Part shown: positions 60,197 through 64,000 of the stretch, piece after piece
How the letters are laid out: each line of letters begins with the position of its first letter
Numbering within the stretch: the stretch's first letter is position 1
Source of the DNA: an uncultured Gammaproteobacteria bacterium
GTDB lineage: Bacteria; Pseudomonadota; Gammaproteobacteria; JACCXJ01
DNA length: 64,000 nucleotides
Direction: 5' to 3'
Assembly: GCA_963764725.1 (NCBI GenBank)
Contig: CAVXTM010000018.1
Coordinates: forward strand, 96,001 to 160,000
Notes under the pieces: model-generated
Databases searched by the model: none
What the model saw: the letters and a program-made list of their open reading frames with translations, nothing else
What the model was told of the DNA's origin: nothing
Translations under genes and position numbers: made by a program

Positions 60197-62707
60197 ATGA
60201 AAATCAAGAGAACACATCGTGCACGCCTTTTGCTCGGCGCGGGGTTATTGGCTCTTGTAGGCTGCGGCAAGGAACCCAGCGTTTGCGGAACGGGAGCCGG
60301 CAATGTCAAGGATGAAGCGCTGTGCGTGGGAAGAAAGGCGGACAGCCTACCGGGAGCCGACGAAGACTATTTCGCCGATATGGATTACGGCGTGACCAAG
60401 GACCCCCAAGGGGTCGCCGCCGCGCTCGCCCCCTACGTGCCGGGGATCTCACCCGAGAACGCCGTCAAGGCCGTCGCGAAAGGCCGCAACAACTGGATCG
60501 CTTGGACTGCGGGCAACGATCGACTGTGGGACATCCTCTCAAGGGAGAGCCGAGGTGGGCTCGATCTTTTGAAGACCGTTTCCAACCATCCAAGCCTGAA
60601 ATTCAGCCGGGATAACCGGTGGCAATATCTTGGTTTGGTCAACGAACCCTGCTTTGAGAAGGGAACGGGACCGCAGCAGGACCGCTACGGACTGTGGTTG
60701 GATACGCGGGCCAAGGACTGCCCGCCGGATCCGTTCGAAAACGAGACCAAGTATCCGGGCATCAAGATCGGCGCTCGGGGCGCGAATATACCGGTGGGTT
60801 CATATTATGGCTACGCCACCGGCATCGTCGGCCTGCGCCTCTTTCCTAACCCCGACTTCGATGAGGCGGCTCAGAAGCGCTGGGATCCGGAGCGTTACTA
60901 CACCGATCCCAGCTATTATTACGACAAGAGCCTGGTCAAACCGTACCGGGTGGGAATGTCCTGCGGCTTCTGCCACGTCGGCCCGAACCCGACCAACCCG
61001 CCCGCAGATCCTGAGAATCCGGAGTGGGCGAATCTTAATTCGAACCCCGGCGCCCAGTATTTCTGGATCGATAGGATATTTATGTTTCAAGCCGATGCTT
61101 CAAGCTTCCCCTATCAACTCTTCCACACCTCTCGCCCCGGCGCGTTGGACACGTCCTTCGTTTCCACCGACTACATCAACAACCCGCGTACCATGAATGC
61201 GGTCTATAACCTGGGGCCCCGTATGCTGAACGCGCTGAGACTGGGCCAAGAAACGCTGGCCGGCGGCAGCCGCAACAATGCCCAGCTCAATGACTATGTG
61301 CCTCCTGGCAGTCTACTCACTAAGTTCTTTACGGCGCCCGACACCGTTTGGACACCTCGCGTTCTCAAAGACGGCGCCGATTCGGTCGGCGCACTGGGGG
61401 CACTGAACCGCGTGTTCGTCAACATCGGTCTTTTCAGCGAGGAATGGTTGGAACATTTCAATCCATTGGTCGGGGGGAAGAACATTTCACCCATCCAAAT
61501 CGAGGTTGCGCGGAAGAATTCGTCGTACTGGAACGCGAACGAAATGCAGACGCCGGACCTCGCCTTGTTCTTCCTCGCCACCGCCAAACCCGACTATCTC
61601 AAGAATGCACCCGGCGGTGAGGGGTATCTGACCGGCGGTCAGGCAAAACTCGTCCGCGGCAAGGAGATGTTCGCCGAGCGATGCGCCCGCTGCCACTCGA
61701 GCAAGCTTCCGGAAAAGGCGCAGTCGTTTTTCCCCAACGGCTGCGTGGGCCCGAATTACCTCGAATGCTGGAACAAATACTGGGAGTGGGTCAAAACTGA
61801 CGAGTTTAAAGGGCAAATGAAGGCCATCGTGATGGAGGAGGACTTCTTGCAGGACAACTTCCTGTCGACGGAGTTGCGCGTGCCGGTAAGCCTGCTTGAA
61901 ACCAACGCCTGCAGCCCGCTGGCCACCAACGCCATCGCCGATAATATTTGGGACAACTTTTCCTCTCAGTCCTACAAGGATCTTCCCTCGGTCGGCACGA
62001 TCACGGTGCACCACCCGATCACCGGCGAGCCCAGGGACTACCCGATGCCGGCAGGCGGCCGCGGCTACACCCGGCCAGCCTCGCTCATCAGCCTCTGGTC
62101 CACGGCCCCCTACCTCTTGAACAACACGGTCGGGGAGTTTTACTGGAGCGCCTCGGTGGAAGACCGGATGAAGTCGTTCGAGGACTCGATACAAAAAATG
62201 CTCTGGCCGGAAAGGCGCGAGGGGGTACGTAAGTATATGACGGCTTCAGGCAAGGAAGCGCCGGGGGTCATCGACGTAACGGCGGAGCGGAGCTATGTGC
62301 GGGTGCCGGCGGGCTACCTTCCGGACTTTCTACAACCGCTGGTGGGGGTGCTCGACCGCTGGTTACCCTGGCTCTTTGAGGGAGGGGGGATCGAGATCGG
62401 ACCGATCCCGAAAGGGACGCCGGTGAACTTAATCTCGAACATGGACTTGGACAAAAAGACACGGGTCCTGCCGGTGCTTATTAGAGTCAAGAAGGCGTTG
62501 AAGGCGATCCCTGCAGGCGCCAGCAATGAAGAGGCCATTAAGGTCTTCCGCGAGCGTGACCTGGTCGACTCCATGCTGAAAGTCAACAAGTGTCCGGACT
62601 TTGTCGTCAACCGTGGGCACTACTTCGGCAGCGACTATTTCAAGGAAGAGCCCGGCCTCAGTGACGAGGATAAATTAGCCCTGATCGAGTTTTTGAAGAC
62701 GATGTAA
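60197..62707 (+). CDS. Large di-heme c-type cytochrome lipoprotein (RoxA/MauG-like)
   Basis: Lipobox LVGC, CGFCH and CARCH, PASLISLWSTAPYLLNN, GHYFG, LIEFLKT. Confidence 0.75.
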   Translation: MKIKRTHRARLLLGAGLLALVGCGKEPSVCGTGAGNVKDEALCVGRKADSLPGADEDYFADMDYGVTKDPQGVAAALAPYVPGISPENAVKAVAKGRNNWIAWTAGNDRLWDILSRESRGGLDLLKTVSNHPSLKFSRDNRWQYLGLVNEPCFEKGTGPQQDRYGLWLDTRAKDCPPDPFENETKYPGIKIGARGANIPVGSYYGYATGIVGLRLFPNPDFDEAAQKRWDPERYYTDPSYYYDKSLVKPYRVGMSCGFCHVGPNPTNPPADPENPEWANLNSNPGAQYFWIDRIFMFQADASSFPYQLFHTSRPGALDTSFVSTDYINNPRTMNAVYNLGPRMLNALRLGQETLAGGSRNNAQLNDYVPPGSLLTKFFTAPDTVWTPRVLKDGADSVGALGALNRVFVNIGLFSEEWLEHFNPLVGGKNISPIQIEVARKNSSYWNANEMQTPDLALFFLATAKPDYLKNAPGGEGYLTGGQAKLVRGKEMFAERCARCHSSKLPEKAQSFFPNGCVGPNYLECWNKYWEWVKTDEFKGQMKAIVMEEDFLQDNFLSTELRVPVSLLETNACSPLATNAIADNIWDNFSSQSYKDLPSVGTITVHHPITGEPRDYPMPAGGRGYTRPASLISLWSTAPYLLNNTVGEFYWSASVEDRMKSFEDSIQKMLWPERREGVRKYMTASGKEAPGVIDVTAERSYVRVPAGYLPDFLQPLVGVLDRWLPWLFEGGGIEIGPIPKGTPVNLISNMDLDKKTRVLPVLIRVKKALKAIPAGASNEEAIKVFRERDLVDSMLKVNKCPDFVVNRGHYFGSDYFKEEPGLSDEDKLALIEFLKTM

Positions 62708-62749
62708 TGTGCACGGCAGGCGAAGACGTTAAAGAACGGGAGGGGCGGC

Positions 62750-64000
62750 ATGAGCACAGAGTATGAATACATCATCGTCGGTTCCGGCGCGGGGGGCGGG
62801 ACGCTCGCCGCGCGCTTAGCGGAGCAAGGGCGGCGGGTTCTGGTGCTGGAGGCCGGCGGGGACCCCATGCAGACGCAAGGCGGCGACGCCTTGTATCCTG
62901 CCGCGAACCGGCTCCCGGAGGACTATGAGATCCCGGTGTTGCATCCTTTTTCCGTCGAGAACGAGGCGATGAAGTGGGATTACTGGGTCCGCCACTATGG
63001 TAGCGACGCACTCCAGAAAAGAGACCATAAGTATCGAGAGGAGTGGGACGGCAAACGGGTGGATGGCGTGCTCTATCCCCGCGCCGGGTGTCTCGGGGGC
63101 TGCACCGCCCACAATGCTATGATCACCGTTTACCCTCACAACGAAGACTGGGATTCCTTGGCGCGGCTCACCGGTGACTCCTCGTGGAGCGCCGAGAACA
63201 TGCGCACCTATTTCGAGAAGATGGAGAATTGCCGCCACCGCTTGTTTCCCTACCGCTGGCTGGCGAAGTTGGGTATCAATCCCACCCGCCATGGTTGGAA
63301 CGGTTGGTTGCAAACCGAGAAGGCGATCCCGGAAAGCGCGCTCGGTGATGAGACGCTGGTGAAGATCCTAAAAAAATCGTTCGATGCGGCGTTCAAGGAT
63401 TTGGGGGAGCCCCTCAGCCGCATCGAGTGGTTCCTGCAAGGCCAAGCCGATCCCAATGATTGGCGCCTGGTGCGCAAGAACGCCTTTGGGATCCGCTACG
63501 CACCACTGCACACGCGTAACCATAGCCGCCTCGGGACGCGGGAGCGCTTGCTCGAAGTGCGGGAAAAGCACCCTCAGCACCTCGCGATCGAGCTCGATGC
63601 GCTCGCGACTCGGGTGCTCTTCGATACCGATCAGCGAGCGATCGGTGTCGAGTACCTCAAAGGCGAGCGTTTGTATCAAGCGCATAAAAACCCTAACCGA
63701 GGAGCAGGCGAAAAGCGCGAGGCGCGCGCCTCGCGCGAGGTCATCCTGTCGGGAGGGGCGTTCAACACCCCGCAGTTGCTCATGCTCTCCGGGATTGGAC
63801 CGAGCGCGGAGCTCGGACGACATGGCATCCCGGTGCGGTTCGATCTTCCGGGGGTGGGAACCAACCTGCAGGACCGTTACGAAGTCGGGGTGGTCAATCG
63901 GATGAATTTCGATCACTGGGAGGTCTTGGCGGGCGCCAAGTACGCCAAGGGCGATCCGCAATTCCAGGAATGGGAGAGCAAGCGCAAGGGCGTGTACACC
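62750..64000 (+). CDS. GMC family FAD oxidoreductase, runs off the right edge
   Basis: Not in ORF track. ATG 62750: YEYIIVGSGAGGGTLAARL, LEAG, LGGCTAHNAM, GAFNTPQLLMLSGIG, LPGVGTNLQD. Confidence 0.93.
   Translation, partial: MSTEYEYIIVGSGAGGGTLAARLAEQGRRVLVLEAGGDPMQTQGGDALYPAANRLPEDYEIPVLHPFSVENEAMKWDYWVRHYGSDALQKRDHKYREEWDGKRVDGVLYPRAGCLGGCTAHNAMITVYPHNEDWDSLARLTGDSSWSAENMRTYFEKMENCRHRLFPYRWLAKLGINPTRHGWNGWLQTEKAIPESALGDETLVKILKKSFDAAFKDLGEPLSRIEWFLQGQADPNDWRLVRKNAFGIRYAPLHTRNHSRLGTRERLLEVREKHPQHLAIELDALATRVLFDTDQRAIGVEYLKGERLYQAHKNPNRGAGEKREARASREVILSGGAFNTPQLLMLSGIGPSAELGRHGIPVRFDLPGVGTNLQDRYEVGVVNRMNFDHWEVLAGAKYAKGDPQFQEWESKRKGVYT

Noticed and set aside
1-64000. Numerous long overlapping ORFs in the track (e.g. 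14584-15759 +, 36877-37893 -, 43727-44581 +)
   Set aside because: They are antisense or alternate-frame shadows of well-supported genes in GC-rich DNA and carry no motifs.
1-64000. CRISPR array, tRNA, rRNA
   Set aside because: No regularly spaced repeats or recognisable RNA-gene signatures were seen by eye.

Overview
A GC-rich bacterial chromosomal window, most consistent with a free-living proteobacterium; taxonomy cannot be fixed from sequence alone. The left half (1-36 kb) is mostly housekeeping and signalling genes: an RND pump, heme A synthase, kup, purN, ispG, ssb, an nspC-sixA-kinase-regulator-GGDEF/EAL operon, ABC-2 and Gld-type ABC systems, mtgA, two PQQ-system/lanthanide-uptake-type periplasmic proteins, a membrane MutS-like ATPase, mutM and phoD. 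The right half is accessory and partly nitrogen-themed. It holds an indel-riddled nitrate-type ABC locus starting with an in-frame NasT(ANTAR)-NrtA fusion, a short chlorite dismutase, and an orphan NtrC/sigma54 promoter followed by a long stem-loop. Next come malate synthase, a PhaZ7-like PHB depolymerase, a SWIM-SNF2 helicase, and two IS91/ISCR oriIS-like ends with outward promoters and adjacent gene fragments. The window ends with a sigma54-preceded ATP-grasp/alpha-E/transglutaminase/Anbu operon facing a degenerate NifA-like gene, and a di-heme lipoprotein coupled to a GMC oxidoreductase. No rRNA, tRNA or CRISPR array was seen. Family assignments come from recalled motifs, not database searches.
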